Counted from the stretch's first letter, positions 26,752-37,612 are shown. The stretch: DNA of 64,000 bases from Candidatus Calditenuis fumarioli (GCA_030059665.1 JANVYR010000001.1:480001-544000); one strand, 5' to 3'. Notes: generated by a model from the letters alone, not told the origin. Translations and numbers: made by a program.

Positions 26752-27036
26752 GTGATGGCCTCCGCCCAAGGAACTTGGGAGGAGAGGAGGGCAAGGATAG
26801 CCCAGATCCTCGAGACGGTGGTGAACGACAACACCACGCCCAGGAACGTGAGGAAGGCGGTGAAGGAGGCCATGGACGAGCTCTTCAACGAGCGCTACTC
26901 TCCCTCCGTCAGGGCGGCCAACGCGATCGAGAAGATTGAGGAAGTCCTCTCGGACGGAAACATCCCCTCCTTCACCAGGACCCAGCTCTGGCTCGCGATC
27001 TCGCTGCTGGAGTCCATCAAGGCCGGTCAGTACTGA
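26752..27036 (+). CDS. UPF0147 family protein
   Basis: DNTTPRNVRKAV...VRAANAI...D.NIPSFTRTQLW. Confidence 0.9.
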   Translation: MMASAQGTWEERRARIAQILETVVNDNTTPRNVRKAVKEAMDELFNERYSPSVRAANAIEKIEEVLSDGNIPSFTRTQLWLAISLLESIKAGQY

Positions 27037-27086
27037 GGTGTCTCCGGGCTGTGGGGATCACGCCTCCCAGTAGCCTGAGGTTCGGT

Positions 27087-27260
27087 TCAGGACCCGCGAC
27101 CGAGGGCGGAGACCAGTAGAGGTGCCGAGCTGATCACGATGGCCACCGCTCCCCAGCTCACCATCGAACTTTCTCCGGTGATCCAGCCTCCGAGTATCAG
27201 GCCAGTCCCTATCCCCGCCAGCAGGAAGAAGAGCAGCACCCCGAGGACCGAGTACCCCAT
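27087..27260 (-). CDS. 57-aa two-helix membrane protein, not in the ORF track
   Basis: MGYSVLGVLLFFLLAGIGTGLILGGWITGESSMVSWGAVAIVISSAPLLVSALGRGS. Confidence 0.55.
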   Translation of the reverse strand: MGYSVLGVLLFFLLAGIGTGLILGGWITGESSMVSWGAVAIVISSAPLLVSALGRGS

Positions 27261-27425
27261 GCCGCCCCAAGGAGGAGAACCCCGGAGGTATTTGTCGGTA
27301 ACGCGCGGGTGACCCGTTGATCGCGAACTGCAGCGAGCCGGTGACCAGTCCAGCGGGACCGGAGCCGAACGCCAGGGTGTCTCAGCAATAGACCAATATA
27401 CGGACCGGTGGTAGTTCGATCGGTC

Positions 27426-29630
27426 ATGACGCAGAAGAAGGGTGTGCAGCTCAGGGTCGCGGAGGCGAAGCAGCGGGACATCGGCATGAGGATCGCCAGG
27501 ATCGACAACGCCGTCCTGAGGGAACTCAACCTATCTCCGGGGGACCTGATCGAGATAACCGGAAAGAAGTCGACGGTCGCGAAGTGCTGGCCCGCGTACA
27601 GGGACGACGAGGGCCAGAGGATGATCCGCATCGACAGCGAGATCCGGAGGAACGCGGGCGTCAACGTGGGAGATTACGTGACCGTCACGAAGGCCGAGAG
27701 CGTGAAGGGCGTGAAGGTCGTGCTGGCGCCGTATGAAAACCTCCCGATATACGGAGACATCTCGAGGATCGTGAAGCAGCAGTTGCTCAACCTCCCCGTC
27801 GCGAGGGGTGACACCGTCATCATTCCGATCCTGGGGATGGGGCTTGAGCTGAAGGTGGTCCAGACCGTCCCGAAGAACTACGTCTTCGTCACCGAGGACA
27901 CGGTGGTCGAGGTCTCCACGACGCCCGTCGCAAGGACCGAGGAGGTCGGTGGGGTCACCTACGAGGACATAGGCGGCCTGGCGAACGAGCTGCAGCGGAT
28001 CCGTGAGATGGTGGAGCTTCCGCTGAAGCACCCGGAGCTCTTCAGGCACCTGGGCATCGAGCCCCCGAAGGGCGTGATCCTCTACGGACCGCCGGGCACA
28101 GGCAAGACGCTGATCGCCAAGGCCCTAGCCAACGAGACCGGAGCGAGGTTCTTCAGCATCAACGGGCCCGAGATCATGAGCAAGTTCTACGGCGAGAGCG
28201 AGGCGAGGCTCAGGGAGATCTTCGCGGAGGCTGAGCGGAACGCCCCGAGCATCATCTTCATCGACGAGCTCGACGCGATAGCACCGAAGAGGAGCGAGGT
28301 GACGGGTGAGGTAGAGCGGAGGGTTGTCTCGCAGCTTCTGACGCTGATGGACGGTCTGAAGTCCCGAGGTCAGGTGGTGGTGATAGGCGCTACCAACAGG
28401 CTGGACGCGATAGACCCGGCGCTGAGGAGACCGGGGAGGTTCGACAGGGAGATCAGGATCGGTGTGCCAGACAGGAACGGGAGGAAGGAGATCCTCCAGA
28501 TTCACACGAGGAGGATGCCTCTCGCGGAGGACGTGAACCTCGACGAGCTGGCCGACATCACGCACGGTTTCACCGGCGCTGACATTGCGGCACTGTGCAG
28601 GGAGGCGGCGATGAACGCGCTGAGGAGGTTCCTCCCGAAGATCGACCTGGAGAAGGACGTCATACCTGCGGAGGTGCTGGAGGAGCTGAAGGTCACCCGC
28701 GAAGACTTCATGGCGGCCCTCAAGCTGGTCCAGCCGTCGGCCCTGAGGGAGGTGGTCCTGGAGATACCCAACGTGACGTGGGACATGGTCGGCGACCTCG
28801 AGGAGGCGAAGCAGGAGCTGAGGGAGGCGGTGGAGTGGCCGCTGAAGTACCCCGAGCTCTTCAAGCGCCTCGGCATCAGGCCCGTCAAGGGCATACTGCT
28901 CTACGGCCCGCCGGGGACCGGGAAGACGCTCCTCGCCAAGGCCGTTGCCACCGAGAGCGAGGCCAACTTCATCAGCGTGAAGGGCCCCGAGATCCTCTCG
29001 AAGTGGGTGGGAGAGTCGGAGAAGGCGATCAGGGAGATCTTCAGGAAGGCCCGGGAGACGGCTCCGTGCATAGTGTTCTTCGACGAGCTCGACTCGATCG
29101 CAACCAGGAGGGGAGTCCACACCGACGCGGGTGTCACGGACAGGATCGTAAATCAGCTGCTGACCGAGATGGACGGCATCCAGCCGCTGATGGGTGTCGT
29201 GGTGATAGGGGCCACCAACAGGCCCGACCTGCTGGATCCGGCCCTGCTCAGACCGGGAAGGTTCGACCGGATCATCAAGGTGCCGATACCGGACTTCAGG
29301 GCCAGGCTCGAAATCTTCAAGGTCCACACGAGGGAGATGCCGCTGGACGATGACGTGAACATAGAGAGGCTCGCACGGCTCACCGAGGGTTACACCGGTG
29401 CGGACATTGAGGCCCTCTGCAGGGAGGCCGCGCTGAACGCCGCGAGGGAGTTCACCAGCTCCGTCGCCGGCCGGAAGTTGACGGAGGAGGAGCTGAAGAA
29501 CGTGAAGGTCAGCTGGAGGCACTTCGAGAAGGCGCTGGAGAAGGTGAAGCCGAGCATCACCGAGGAGACCAGGACGGCCTACGACAGGATAGAGGAGCGG
29601 ATGAAGACGTCGATGGCCTACATCAGCTGA
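27426..29630 (+). CDS. cdc48: CDC48/VCP family AAA+ ATPase
   Basis: N-domain plus two AAA modules (GPPGTGKT twice, RPGRFDR twice). Confidence 0.97.
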   Translation: MTQKKGVQLRVAEAKQRDIGMRIARIDNAVLRELNLSPGDLIEITGKKSTVAKCWPAYRDDEGQRMIRIDSEIRRNAGVNVGDYVTVTKAESVKGVKVVLAPYENLPIYGDISRIVKQQLLNLPVARGDTVIIPILGMGLELKVVQTVPKNYVFVTEDTVVEVSTTPVARTEEVGGVTYEDIGGLANELQRIREMVELPLKHPELFRHLGIEPPKGVILYGPPGTGKTLIAKALANETGARFFSINGPEIMSKFYGESEARLREIFAEAERNAPSIIFIDELDAIAPKRSEVTGEVERRVVSQLLTLMDGLKSRGQVVVIGATNRLDAIDPALRRPGRFDREIRIGVPDRNGRKEILQIHTRRMPLAEDVNLDELADITHGFTGADIAALCREAAMNALRRFLPKIDLEKDVIPAEVLEELKVTREDFMAALKLVQPSALREVVLEIPNVTWDMVGDLEEAKQELREAVEWPLKYPELFKRLGIRPVKGILLYGPPGTGKTLLAKAVATESEANFISVKGPEILSKWVGESEKAIREIFRKARETAPCIVFFDELDSIATRRGVHTDAGVTDRIVNQLLTEMDGIQPLMGVVVIGATNRPDLLDPALLRPGRFDRIIKVPIPDFRARLEIFKVHTREMPLDDDVNIERLARLTEGYTGADIEALCREAALNAAREFTSSVAGRKLTEEELKNVKVSWRHFEKALEKVKPSITEETRTAYDRIEERMKTSMAYIS

Positions 29631-29669
29631 CGGTGAGTTCGGAGTGAGGGCAGGTCAGGTGCGCGTGAC

Positions 29670-29954
29670 TTGGTCAGGGTGAGCTGGCAGGAGATCTCGA
29701 GGGCTCTCAGAGAGCTGCTCTTCGGTTTCTTCCTCTACTCCCTTTACCAGCAGGTCCTTCACACCAAGGCGAAGTACGAGGACATGTTCTACGCGCTGCT
29801 GATGGCCGAGTTCCTCGGGTTCCCGATGACGACCAACTACTACACGCTCAGGTTGCTCCCCTTCGTGGTCGAGGAGCTGGAGCGGACGAGGCTTAAGCTC
29901 TTGCGTGAGGTGGACCTCTTGGAGCTGTTGCACGAGGGCCCGGGAGTTCACTGA
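29670..29954 (-). CDS. Small protein resembling the cory-CC-star family
   Basis: EDMFYALLMAEFLGFPMTTNYYTLRLLPF resembles the family core; recognised from memory only. Confidence 0.45.
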
Positions 29955-30742
29955 AGGAGCTCGCGGAGCGCCTCATCGAGGCCCATTGTTGGCAGGCCCT
30001 CAACTCCCGAGGGCATCGAGCCCGCATCAACGATCGGCACGTCCCTCCTCCACTCCGCCAATTTCTTGAGCGTCCTCGCAGCCACGAGGAGCTTCCGTGA
30101 CTTCCTCTCCTCCCAGTTGCCCGACTTCGACTTCCCGATCGAGGAGAGCCTGCTGACGCCGCAGGTGAGGCACATGCCCAGCAGGACGACTGCCCTGGCT
30201 CCGAGCGCGACCGAGACGTACGCTGCCCTGTCGCCGTCGGTGAAGCCGCCGAAGTTGTGAACGTGTCCAACAGGCCGGGGGACCTGGGTGGTGGGCTCGA
30301 TCCTGTCTCCGAGCAGAGGCAGGGTTTCCCTGAGCGCGCCGATGTTGTCGCCGTGAGCGTGGACGAAGAGGAGGCTTCCGGACCTCGAGGCCCTCAGGAG
30401 CGCATCGACGGGGCCGTCCAGATCGGTCACGACGACGTCCGGGACTATCCCCCTTGAGAGGACGAGCGGTGTCGCGGTGTCGGCCACCACGAGGAAGGCC
30501 CTCCCCTCCCAGAGGGTTTGAAGGGAGAACAGGTGTTCGAGGTCGCGGAGGACGCTCTCTGACGCTCCGATCACGATCGCCACTTTACCCCCGAACTTCC
30601 TCCTCGCGTCCGGAAGGAGGCAGGGCCTGTAACGGAAGGCCTCCAAGGGGAGATCCAGAGCCATCCTGTCGGCCGACTCATCGATCCCTAGGAACTCCGT
30701 TATCCAGCGGTACTCGTCGCTCCAGAAAGGGGGCTCATCCAT
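29948..30742 (-). CDS. mptE: 6-hydroxymethyl-7,8-dihydropterin pyrophosphokinase (MptE, DUF115)
   Basis: VVTDLDG, VHAHGDN, NFGGFTDGDRA; adjacent to mptA. Confidence 0.88.
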   Translation of the reverse strand: MDEPPFWSDEYRWITEFLGIDESADRMALDLPLEAFRYRPCLLPDARRKFGGKVAIVIGASESVLRDLEHLFSLQTLWEGRAFLVVADTATPLVLSRGIVPDVVVTDLDGPVDALLRASRSGSLLFVHAHGDNIGALRETLPLLGDRIEPTTQVPRPVGHVHNFGGFTDGDRAAYVSVALGARAVVLLGMCLTCGVSRLSSIGKSKSGNWEERKSRKLLVAARTLKKLAEWRRDVPIVDAGSMPSGVEGLPTMGLDEALRELLQ

Positions 30743-31622
30743 TCCCCAGCAGGGCCCTCGCCTCGTGGAGGCGGCCCCTGTAAACCGCGAGCATGTCGTA
30801 GTCGTGCAGGCTCTCGACGCTCCTCATCCTGACCGTTACGCGGTCGTCCGGGTGGAGGTGACCGAGCTCCCTGACGATCGACGAGACGACCTCCCGCACC
30901 GCGTCCTCGATGAAGACGGGTTTCGTGACGGCCCTCATGACCACCTCCGCCTCGTCGAGCCTCTTCAGTCCGGGGTAAGCGGGGGAGCTCATGGAGTCGC
31001 GCAGCATCCGTGTGAGGGAGCTGAGCGGCACCGACTCTTCGGGCCTGAGCGAGACCGAGAGCTCGGCGATGGTCCGCTGCATGTGCGTCGCGGTGTAGTC
31101 CCTACCCTCCTCGCCGGTGAGGGCCTGGATGACGCTTTTGGCGCAGGGGCACGCGGTCACCCCAGCCACCCTGACGCTCACGACCTTACGGACGGGCCGA
31201 ACGACACCGTCCCTCACGGAGGTCGCCGTAACCCTGACGCGCGAGGTCAGGTAGACGGCCCTTCCGGTGATCGGAGAGGTGGTCGGCTCGAAGAGCCTAG
31301 CGGTGATGACGACGTCGGACCTTTCGCACCCGAGGTCCCGCTCGAGGACCGCCACCGAGAGCTCCGTCGCCATCTGGTCTAGCCCCCAGGACCTCCGATC
31401 GTTGGTGAGCTGGAGGATGGCTTCGTAGACCCTGCTCGCGTGGATCCCCCTCCTGTCCGGGGGGAGGCTGAGGAAGGCAGAAATCTTGACGTCCTGGAGC
31501 ACCTCGCCGTCGCCGCCCGTGCTCAGCAGGGGCACCGTGACGCCCTCGACCCCAACGAGGTTAATTCTGAGCCTTACGCGCGGCCTCTCCGACTGCGGGT
31601 CTGGGAGCCTCAACCTCCTCAA
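30735..31622 (-). CDS. mptA: GTP cyclohydrolase MptA/FolE2 family
   Basis: GIHASR, TACPC, THMQR, PVFIEDAVRE, ESLHDYD. Confidence 0.9.
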   Translation of the reverse strand: MRRLRLPDPQSERPRVRLRINLVGVEGVTVPLLSTGGDGEVLQDVKISAFLSLPPDRRGIHASRVYEAILQLTNDRRSWGLDQMATELSVAVLERDLGCERSDVVITARLFEPTTSPITGRAVYLTSRVRVTATSVRDGVVRPVRKVVSVRVAGVTACPCAKSVIQALTGEEGRDYTATHMQRTIAELSVSLRPEESVPLSSLTRMLRDSMSSPAYPGLKRLDEAEVVMRAVTKPVFIEDAVREVVSSIVRELGHLHPDDRVTVRMRSVESLHDYDMLAVYRGRLHEARALLGNG

Positions 31623-31725
31623 GCATCTGCGACCTATTCAAAAACGGTAGCCCAATTCAGCGGCCCGTAGGTCCGAGAAAACGCTAAAATCACGGTATGA
31701 TGCGATCCGGGGCCCAACTCCTCGA

Positions 31726-33015
31726 TCACGGGTAGGTCCTGCTGGGCGTGCGGGGGAAGAGGGATGCGACCCTTACACTCGGGAGGTCGAGTATCCACTT
31801 CAGGACCCGCTCGACGCCCATCCCGAATCCGGCGTGGGGGACGGATCCGTATCTCCTCAGGTCGAGGTACCAGGCGTAATCGTCCGGGTTGAGGCCGTTC
31901 TCCCTTATTCTCTGCATAAGCTCCTCCAGGTCGTCGATCCTCACGCCGGACCCGACGATCTCGCCGTTGCCCCTGGGAGCCAGAAGGTCGGCGCTCAGCG
32001 TCACCCTCGGGTCCTCCGGATCAAGCTTGTGGTAGAAGGCCTTCGCCTCGCGGGGGTAGTGCGTGACGAAGACGGGCCTGTCGAACTCGTTCGAGATCAC
32101 CCTCTCCTCGTCGGCTCCGAGGTCCGAACCCCACGGAAGCTCCTTGCCCCTTTTCCTGAGGATCTCGAGCGCCTCGGAGTACCTGATCCTGTAGAAGGGC
32201 CCCTCCACCTCCTTGACCGGTATCCTCCTGCCGAGCACCCTGAGCTCCCGCTCCGACAGCTCCGCGGTGCGGATCACCGTATACCTGACCAGCTCCTCGA
32301 TAGTCCTCAGAAGCGTCTCGAGGTCTGCGAAGGCCATCTCGGCCTCGACGTGCCAGAACTCGGTGAGGTGGCGGGGCGTCCTGCTCTTCTCGGCCCTGAA
32401 GCTCGGCTGGACGCTGTAGACCTTCTCCAGCGCGTATATCGCCGCCTCCTGGTAGAACTGCACGCTCTGGGTCAGGTAGACCTTCCGGCCGAAGTAGTTC
32501 ACCTCGAAGAGCGTGGCGCCGCCCTCGACGGCCGCGGTGATGAAGGTCGGGCAGTGGATTTCCACGAACCCCCTGCTCCGGAAGTACTCGTGGACGGCCC
32601 AGACGAGGTTGGACCTGATCCTCATCAGCGCTGTTAGCCTCGGACTTCTGATGTGGAGGTGCCTGACGTCGTAGAGCGCCTTCGCCCCCATCCCCTTCCT
32701 GACGGGGAAGTCTCCCATCGACTCGGAGACCTTCTCCGCCCTGAGGCACCGCACCTCGACGCCGAAGGGAGCCCTAGGGTCCCTCACCACGAGCCCCCGC
32801 ACCTTCACGACCGATTCCCTTCCGAGCTCCCTCAACAGCTCGAGGCTCTGCTGGTCGGTCGTTCCCGCCTTTGCGGCCACCTGGACCACGCCGGTCCCGT
32901 CGCGGAGGTCGACGAAGACGAGCTTTCCGTGCTCGCGCTTGTTCCATATCCAGCCCAGGAGCTCCACCTCCTCGCCCTCGGGAGCGTCGAGGACCTCCGT
33001 CACCGTCCTCCTCAT
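31726..33015 (-). CDS. asnS: Asparagine--tRNA ligase
   Basis: LTQSVQFY, FRAEKSRTPRHLTEFWHVEAE, PHAGFGMGVER. Confidence 0.88.
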   Translation of the reverse strand: MRRTVTEVLDAPEGEEVELLGWIWNKREHGKLVFVDLRDGTGVVQVAAKAGTTDQQSLELLRELGRESVVKVRGLVVRDPRAPFGVEVRCLRAEKVSESMGDFPVRKGMGAKALYDVRHLHIRSPRLTALMRIRSNLVWAVHEYFRSRGFVEIHCPTFITAAVEGGATLFEVNYFGRKVYLTQSVQFYQEAAIYALEKVYSVQPSFRAEKSRTPRHLTEFWHVEAEMAFADLETLLRTIEELVRYTVIRTAELSERELRVLGRRIPVKEVEGPFYRIRYSEALEILRKRGKELPWGSDLGADEERVISNEFDRPVFVTHYPREAKAFYHKLDPEDPRVTLSADLLAPRGNGEIVGSGVRIDDLEELMQRIRENGLNPDDYAWYLDLRRYGSVPHAGFGMGVERVLKWILDLPSVRVASLFPRTPSRTYP

Positions 33016-33139
33016 CCGAGAGAGCCCCTGACGGTCAGGCTTTATTCTTGCAGTTCACGTGAGCCCGAAGGCCAGCGATCTGGAAAGGTCGTCCGGGAAA
33101 CAGCTTTACGGACCCAACACGGGAACGAACGGGGCAGGA

Positions 33140-34024
33140 TTGTGCAGGATGGTGGCGCTGCGGTTCGACCGGAGGGCTGCAGGAGCCGCGAGGGCGCTGA
33201 TCGGTGCGCTGTTCGAGGCATCCGCGGAGGACCCGTACCTCCGTAGGCTCATCGGCGACGGAAGGCACTGCCACGGGTTCGGCTACGCGCTCGCCGGGAA
33301 GAGGGGGTCCTCGTGGGAGGTGAGCTGGGCGAGGTACGACGCTCAGGACGGGCGAAGGGACGAGCAGGAGGCCTGCGAGGCCAACCTCAGGGAGCTGGCC
33401 CGGGCCGTGAGGTCGCTCGAGTCCGCGATCGAGGGTTACGGTGAGGTCGCGCTCACCCTTCACAGCAGAAGGACGCTCGGTGAGCCGAGGGGGACGACCG
33501 ATGCCCATCCGTTCAGGGCCGAGCTGCCCCTCTCCGTTAACGGCGTTGCCGAGCCATTCGAGCTCTACCTCTCGCACAACGGAGGCGTCGACAAGCTGCC
33601 GCTGGCCGAGGAGATCGGGCTTCCAGCTGCGGAGAGGATGACGGACTCCCACGTGCTCACCCATTACGTCGCGTGGCACCTCCGCGGAACTGATGTGGTG
33701 GACCTCCCGGCGAGGATTGCGGAGTTAGCCCGGTCCATCGAGCGCCACGTCCGGTCCTCCCTCGACCTGAACCTGCTCTTCTTCGGCAGGTCAACAGGAC
33801 CCCTTCTGCTCGCGGTCGGGTACGTGGTCTCTAAGGACGAGAACAAGGTGCGCTACTACGAGCCGGTGCTCGTCAGGGGAGACGGCATATCCGGATACGT
33901 CTCGAGCACGGTCAGGGACCTCGTCGAGGAGAGGCTTAAGGAGCTGGAGTTCAGGAGCTTCAGGGACCGGTTCGTCGCGGTGCTGGGACCCGGATTTTAC
34001 GAACTCCTCGAGATCGGTGGGTGA
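33140..34024 (+). CDS. Class II (Ntn) glutamine amidotransferase-like protein
   Basis: TTG start gives MCRMV with N-terminal Cys; HCHGFG, HPF, LSHNGG, TDS. Confidence 0.8.
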   Translation: MCRMVALRFDRRAAGAARALIGALFEASAEDPYLRRLIGDGRHCHGFGYALAGKRGSSWEVSWARYDAQDGRRDEQEACEANLRELARAVRSLESAIEGYGEVALTLHSRRTLGEPRGTTDAHPFRAELPLSVNGVAEPFELYLSHNGGVDKLPLAEEIGLPAAERMTDSHVLTHYVAWHLRGTDVVDLPARIAELARSIERHVRSSLDLNLLFFGRSTGPLLLAVGYVVSKDENKVRYYEPVLVRGDGISGYVSSTVRDLVEERLKELEFRSFRDRFVAVLGPGFYELLEIGG

Positions 34025-35019
34025 TCCGTGGGTTGGAGCTGAGGAGGGGAACGAAGGGGCCGGTCCTGGTGCTCGACGACGGAAGGCAGCTCACGCTCGA
34101 CTCGGACGAGGAGTCCATCGTCGCATGCGTCTCGCACGCCCACATGGACCACCTCTCCGGGATGAGCTCGGGAGTTGCGCTGATGACCGAGGAGACGAGG
34201 CTGATCTTCTCCGCGAGGGGTGCCAGGTACCGGAACCACATGCCCCTTCAGCTCGGAGGGAGCGTGAGGCTGCTTGGGGGTGACGTGACCTTCTCGGCCA
34301 GGTCGTCCGGTCACATGCTCGGCTCCGCGGTCTTCTCGGTCGACCTCGACGGCCTGAGGCTCACCTACACCGGCGACATGAACACGTATCCGAGCGTCCT
34401 CCACGACCCAGCAGAGGTGGTGAGCGGGACCGATGTCCTCGTTATCGAGTCCACCTACGGATCTCCGGTCTACAGGTTCGCGGAGAGGGAGCAGGTCTAC
34501 GCCTCGATCGTCGGTTGGATCAGGAGGGTCCTCGAGGAGGGAAAGGTTCCGGCCTTCGAGGTTTACGCCGCCGGGAAGGCGCAGGAGGTGATAGCGCTCG
34601 TCAACACCTCGCTCGAGGTGCCGGTTGTGGTCAGCAGGGCCGTCGGGCGCGTTGCAGAGGTGTACAGGAGGACCTATCCGTGGCTCGACTTCGTGGTGGA
34701 GGGGACGAGGGAGGCGGGCGAGGTCGTGAGGGGAGGAGGGTTCGTCTACGTCTCGAACCGTAGAGCGCCGACCGCGTGGAGGTCCGAGTGGGCCGTCGCC
34801 ACCGGATGGGCTCTCACCCGCACCTTCCCCGGTTACGACGCAGCCTTCCCCCTCAGCAGCCACGCCGATTTCCACGGTCTGCTCGAGTACGTCCGCTCGA
34901 CGGAGCCGAAGCTGGTCGTTACAGTCTACGGCCACTCGGCGACCTTCGCCAGGTTCCTGAACAGGACTGGAGTTAAGGCGATATCCCTTGACGAGAAACC
35001 CCTCATCAGGATGATCTGA
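34021..35019 (+). CDS. MBL-fold beta-CASP-type hydrolase/nuclease
   Basis: SHAHMDH, SGHMLGS, YTGD, ESTYG, LSSHADF. Confidence 0.88.
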   Translation: MIRGLELRRGTKGPVLVLDDGRQLTLDSDEESIVACVSHAHMDHLSGMSSGVALMTEETRLIFSARGARYRNHMPLQLGGSVRLLGGDVTFSARSSGHMLGSAVFSVDLDGLRLTYTGDMNTYPSVLHDPAEVVSGTDVLVIESTYGSPVYRFAEREQVYASIVGWIRRVLEEGKVPAFEVYAAGKAQEVIALVNTSLEVPVVVSRAVGRVAEVYRRTYPWLDFVVEGTREAGEVVRGGGFVYVSNRRAPTAWRSEWAVATGWALTRTFPGYDAAFPLSSHADFHGLLEYVRSTEPKLVVTVYGHSATFARFLNRTGVKAISLDEKPLIRMI

Positions 35020-35094
35020 GGCGACCCGTCTCGGACAGCATCTCCTAATCCCAGAAGCGATTGCACCAAAAAGTGATCAATAGGTGACGGAGGC

Positions 35095-35991
35095 TCAGAG
35101 CTGGATGCCGAGCTTCTTGGCTATGCGCTCGAAGTCGTCCTTATAGAGTCCCGGCGCGAACTCCTCGGGGACCTCTGGGAGGACTGGGACTGGGCCGCCC
35201 TCTGGGGGACCTTGAACCACCTCGAGCTCGCCGTCGCCGGTCGGAGACATCCCCCTCCAGATCAACTCTATGTCCTTGTAGTCGGCTTGGCTGAACCTGT
35301 AGAGCTTCCTGTGCACTCCCTGAGCCATGTACTTCTTCGCCTCCGGGAACTTGTCGTTCTCTATTTTTGGGATCGGTAGCATCTTCCAGACCTCAACGCC
35401 CGTCACTATCTCCAGCGCCTTCCCGTATGCGAGTGCGTGGACCCCGCCCCTGACCAGCAGATACCCTATCATCTCCCTCGCCACCGGGTTGTCGGTCATC
35501 TCGTAGACCCTGATCTTGGCGAGGCGGGCGCCGCATTCGAGGAAGAAGTTGTGCAGAAGGTCAAGGGTGAGGTTTCCGCTGGAGAAGACGTAGCCGCCGT
35601 TCCAGAAGGCTCCCATGCTGTCGCCCACGAAGGAGGAGATTGCGGTGTTGATGAAGTGGAATGTGTTCCTTGCCGACTTGCCGCGCTCCAACGGTTTCCG
35701 GTCCGGCGGGACGTTCTTGGTCGATCCCTGCAGCAACGCGTTGACTGTGGCCGCCACAAGCTCGATGTGTCCGAGCTCTTCTGTTGCTATGTTGGCGATC
35801 AAATCTCTGAACGGCCTTAACGCTGGGTTGTTGTGTGCCCTGAAGTTGAACGATTGGTACGTGTAGTTCATCAGGGTCGACATCTCGCCGAACCTACCTC
35901 CGAGAAGTTCCTGAACCGCGGCAGCTGCGTCCGGATCAGGTTCCGTAGGTGCGGGGAGCTGTATTTGGAGCCGATCGATCCTAAGCCACAT
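35095..35991 (-). CDS. Manganese (non-heme) catalase
   Basis: GGRFGEMSTLMNY, IATEELGHIE, FFLECGAR, RGGVHALAY. Confidence 0.92.
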   Translation of the reverse strand: MWLRIDRLQIQLPAPTEPDPDAAAAVQELLGGRFGEMSTLMNYTYQSFNFRAHNNPALRPFRDLIANIATEELGHIELVAATVNALLQGSTKNVPPDRKPLERGKSARNTFHFINTAISSFVGDSMGAFWNGGYVFSSGNLTLDLLHNFFLECGARLAKIRVYEMTDNPVAREMIGYLLVRGGVHALAYGKALEIVTGVEVWKMLPIPKIENDKFPEAKKYMAQGVHRKLYRFSQADYKDIELIWRGMSPTGDGELEVVQGPPEGGPVPVLPEVPEEFAPGLYKDDFERIAKKLGIQL

Positions 35992-36028
35992 GGCATAGGT
36001 TCACCCGATCGGGAGTAATTAAGAGTCA

Positions 36029-36042
36029 TTCTCAATTGATAA
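36029..36042. promoter_or_regulatory. Candidate Fur/PerR operator (near-palindrome TTCTCAATTGATAA) upstream of catalase
   Basis: 12/14 palindromic, AT-rich, just upstream of a TATA-like TTAATTA. Confidence 0.45.
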
Positions 36043-36066
36043 CAACTGTTAAGTGCACTGTGCAGC

Positions 36067-36492
36067 TCAACGTCGTTCCCGACAATGCCTGCAGACGACC
36101 AAGACGTCGCATCCCACCGGGTTCAAACCAATTCTCGATAGGTATCTCAGAATCTTACGCGAACGGTGGGCCTCCATGTCCCAAATTCGTCCGCAGTTCA
36201 CACACATGACGTTGACGTGGGGCTCTGTTCGCAACTCAAACCTCGTCGAGTTCTTTAGGTCTGTCAACTCCCGAATTATGCCCGCTTTCTTGAAAAGGGA
36301 GATCGTTCGGTAGACGGTGGCGAGGCCTATCGTCGGCATTTTCCTGCTGACGTACCTGTAGACGTCAACAGCAACCGGATGGTCCAGCGCTGATATTGCT
36401 TCCGCTATCAGAATCCTTTGAGCGGTTATCTTGAGTCCCCTCGATTTGAGCAGCCTCGTCAGGTCTTCGGCCTCCGGAGCTTTCCCCCTCAA
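36067..36492 (-). CDS. Fur/PerR family transcriptional regulator
   Basis: GLKITAQR, HP.A..VY, IGLATVYRTI, H....CVNCG, CRHC. Confidence 0.92.
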   Translation of the reverse strand: MRGKAPEAEDLTRLLKSRGLKITAQRILIAEAISALDHPVAVDVYRYVSRKMPTIGLATVYRTISLFKKAGIIRELTDLKNSTRFELRTEPHVNVMCVNCGRIWDMEAHRSRKILRYLSRIGLNPVGCDVLVVCRHCRERR

Positions 36493-36556
36493 GCCGCGAC
36501 CTTCCCCGCAAACGATACGCGCATCAGGCTGTAAATAATTGTGGTGAAGCAGGCCC

Positions 36557-37612
36557 TCAGACCGGCCTCAGCGGCGGGTAGTTCAGGCCGGTCCTCTCGT
36601 CGATTCCGAGGACGATGTTCATGCACTGGACCGCCTGACCGGCGGCACCCTTCATCAGGTTGTCGATAGCCGCGAACAGTGCGGCCCTCCCCAGCCTCTG
36701 CTCCACAGCGACGCCGACGTCCGTGAAGTTGGAGCCGATGACGTACTTGGGATCCGGATACCTGCCCCTAACGATCCTGACGAAGGGTTCGTTGCCGTAC
36801 CTCTTGGCGTAGGTCCTCCAGAGGGCCAGCTCGTCGAGCGAGCCGTCGGTGAGCCAGACGTGCGAGGTAGCCAGTGCGCCCCTCACAGCACCTACTGCAT
36901 GGGGAACTAGGGCCACCCTCACCTCCTTTCCCGCGACCCTCCTCAGCTCCTGCTCCACCTCAGCCACGTGCCTGTGGCCTGATGCCTCATACGGCCTCAT
37001 CACGTTGGCCCGCTCGGGGTGGTGCGTGCCGATCGAGGGCTTCATCCCGGCCTCGCTGCTCCCGACCTTCACGTCCACCGCTATGTGCTCGGGATCGATG
37101 GCTCCGGCCTCGACCGCTGGGATCAGTGACAGGAGGGCGGCCGTGGCGTTGCATCCGGGGTTGGCGACCAGCTTGGCGCTCCTCAGCTCCTCCCTGTGGA
37201 GCTCCGGGAGGCCGTAAACCGCTTTCTCGAGGAGGTCCGGTGCGGGGTGCTCGAACTCGTACCAGACCTCGTACTGCCGCGGGTCCTTCAGCCTGAAGTC
37301 GGGGCTCAGGTCGATCACCGATAGGCCGTGCTCCAGGAGCTTGGGCGTGAGGTCCTTCGAGACGCCGGCGGGCGTGCTCATGAAGACCAGGTCGCACTTC
37401 TCCAGCAGCAGGTCTATTGAGAGCGGAGAGAACTTCAGGTTACCGACGAAGCCCCGGAGGTGGAAGTGTACCGAGGTGATCGGCTGGCCGGCGTACTCCC
37501 TTGATGTGGCCACGGTGACCTCGACCTCTGGGTGAAGGGCCAGAAGCCTGAGCAGCTCGCCTCCCGTGTATCCTGATGCGCCAACGATCCCGACGCGCCT
37601 CTTCGCGCTCAC
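36557..37612 (-). CDS. argC: N-acetyl-gamma-glutamyl-phosphate / LysW-aminoadipyl-phosphate reductase (ArgC/LysY)
   Basis: VGASGYTG, YGLPEL, ANPGCNAT, IDNLMKGAAGQA. Confidence 0.92.
   Translation of the reverse strand: MSAKRRVGIVGASGYTGGELLRLLALHPEVEVTVATSREYAGQPITSVHFHLRGFVGNLKFSPLSIDLLLEKCDLVFMSTPAGVSKDLTPKLLEHGLSVIDLSPDFRLKDPRQYEVWYEFEHPAPDLLEKAVYGLPELHREELRSAKLVANPGCNATAALLSLIPAVEAGAIDPEHIAVDVKVGSSEAGMKPSIGTHHPERANVMRPYEASGHRHVAEVEQELRRVAGKEVRVALVPHAVGAVRGALATSHVWLTDGSLDELALWRTYAKRYGNEPFVRIVRGRYPDPKYVIGSNFTDVGVAVEQRLGRAALFAAIDNLMKGAAGQAVQCMNIVLGIDERTGLNYPPLRPV

Noticed and set aside
28125-29522. Long antisense ORFs (465 aa here, and others opposite asnS, pyrG, acs, cas10)
   Set aside because: Shadow frames typical of high-GC coding DNA; no motifs
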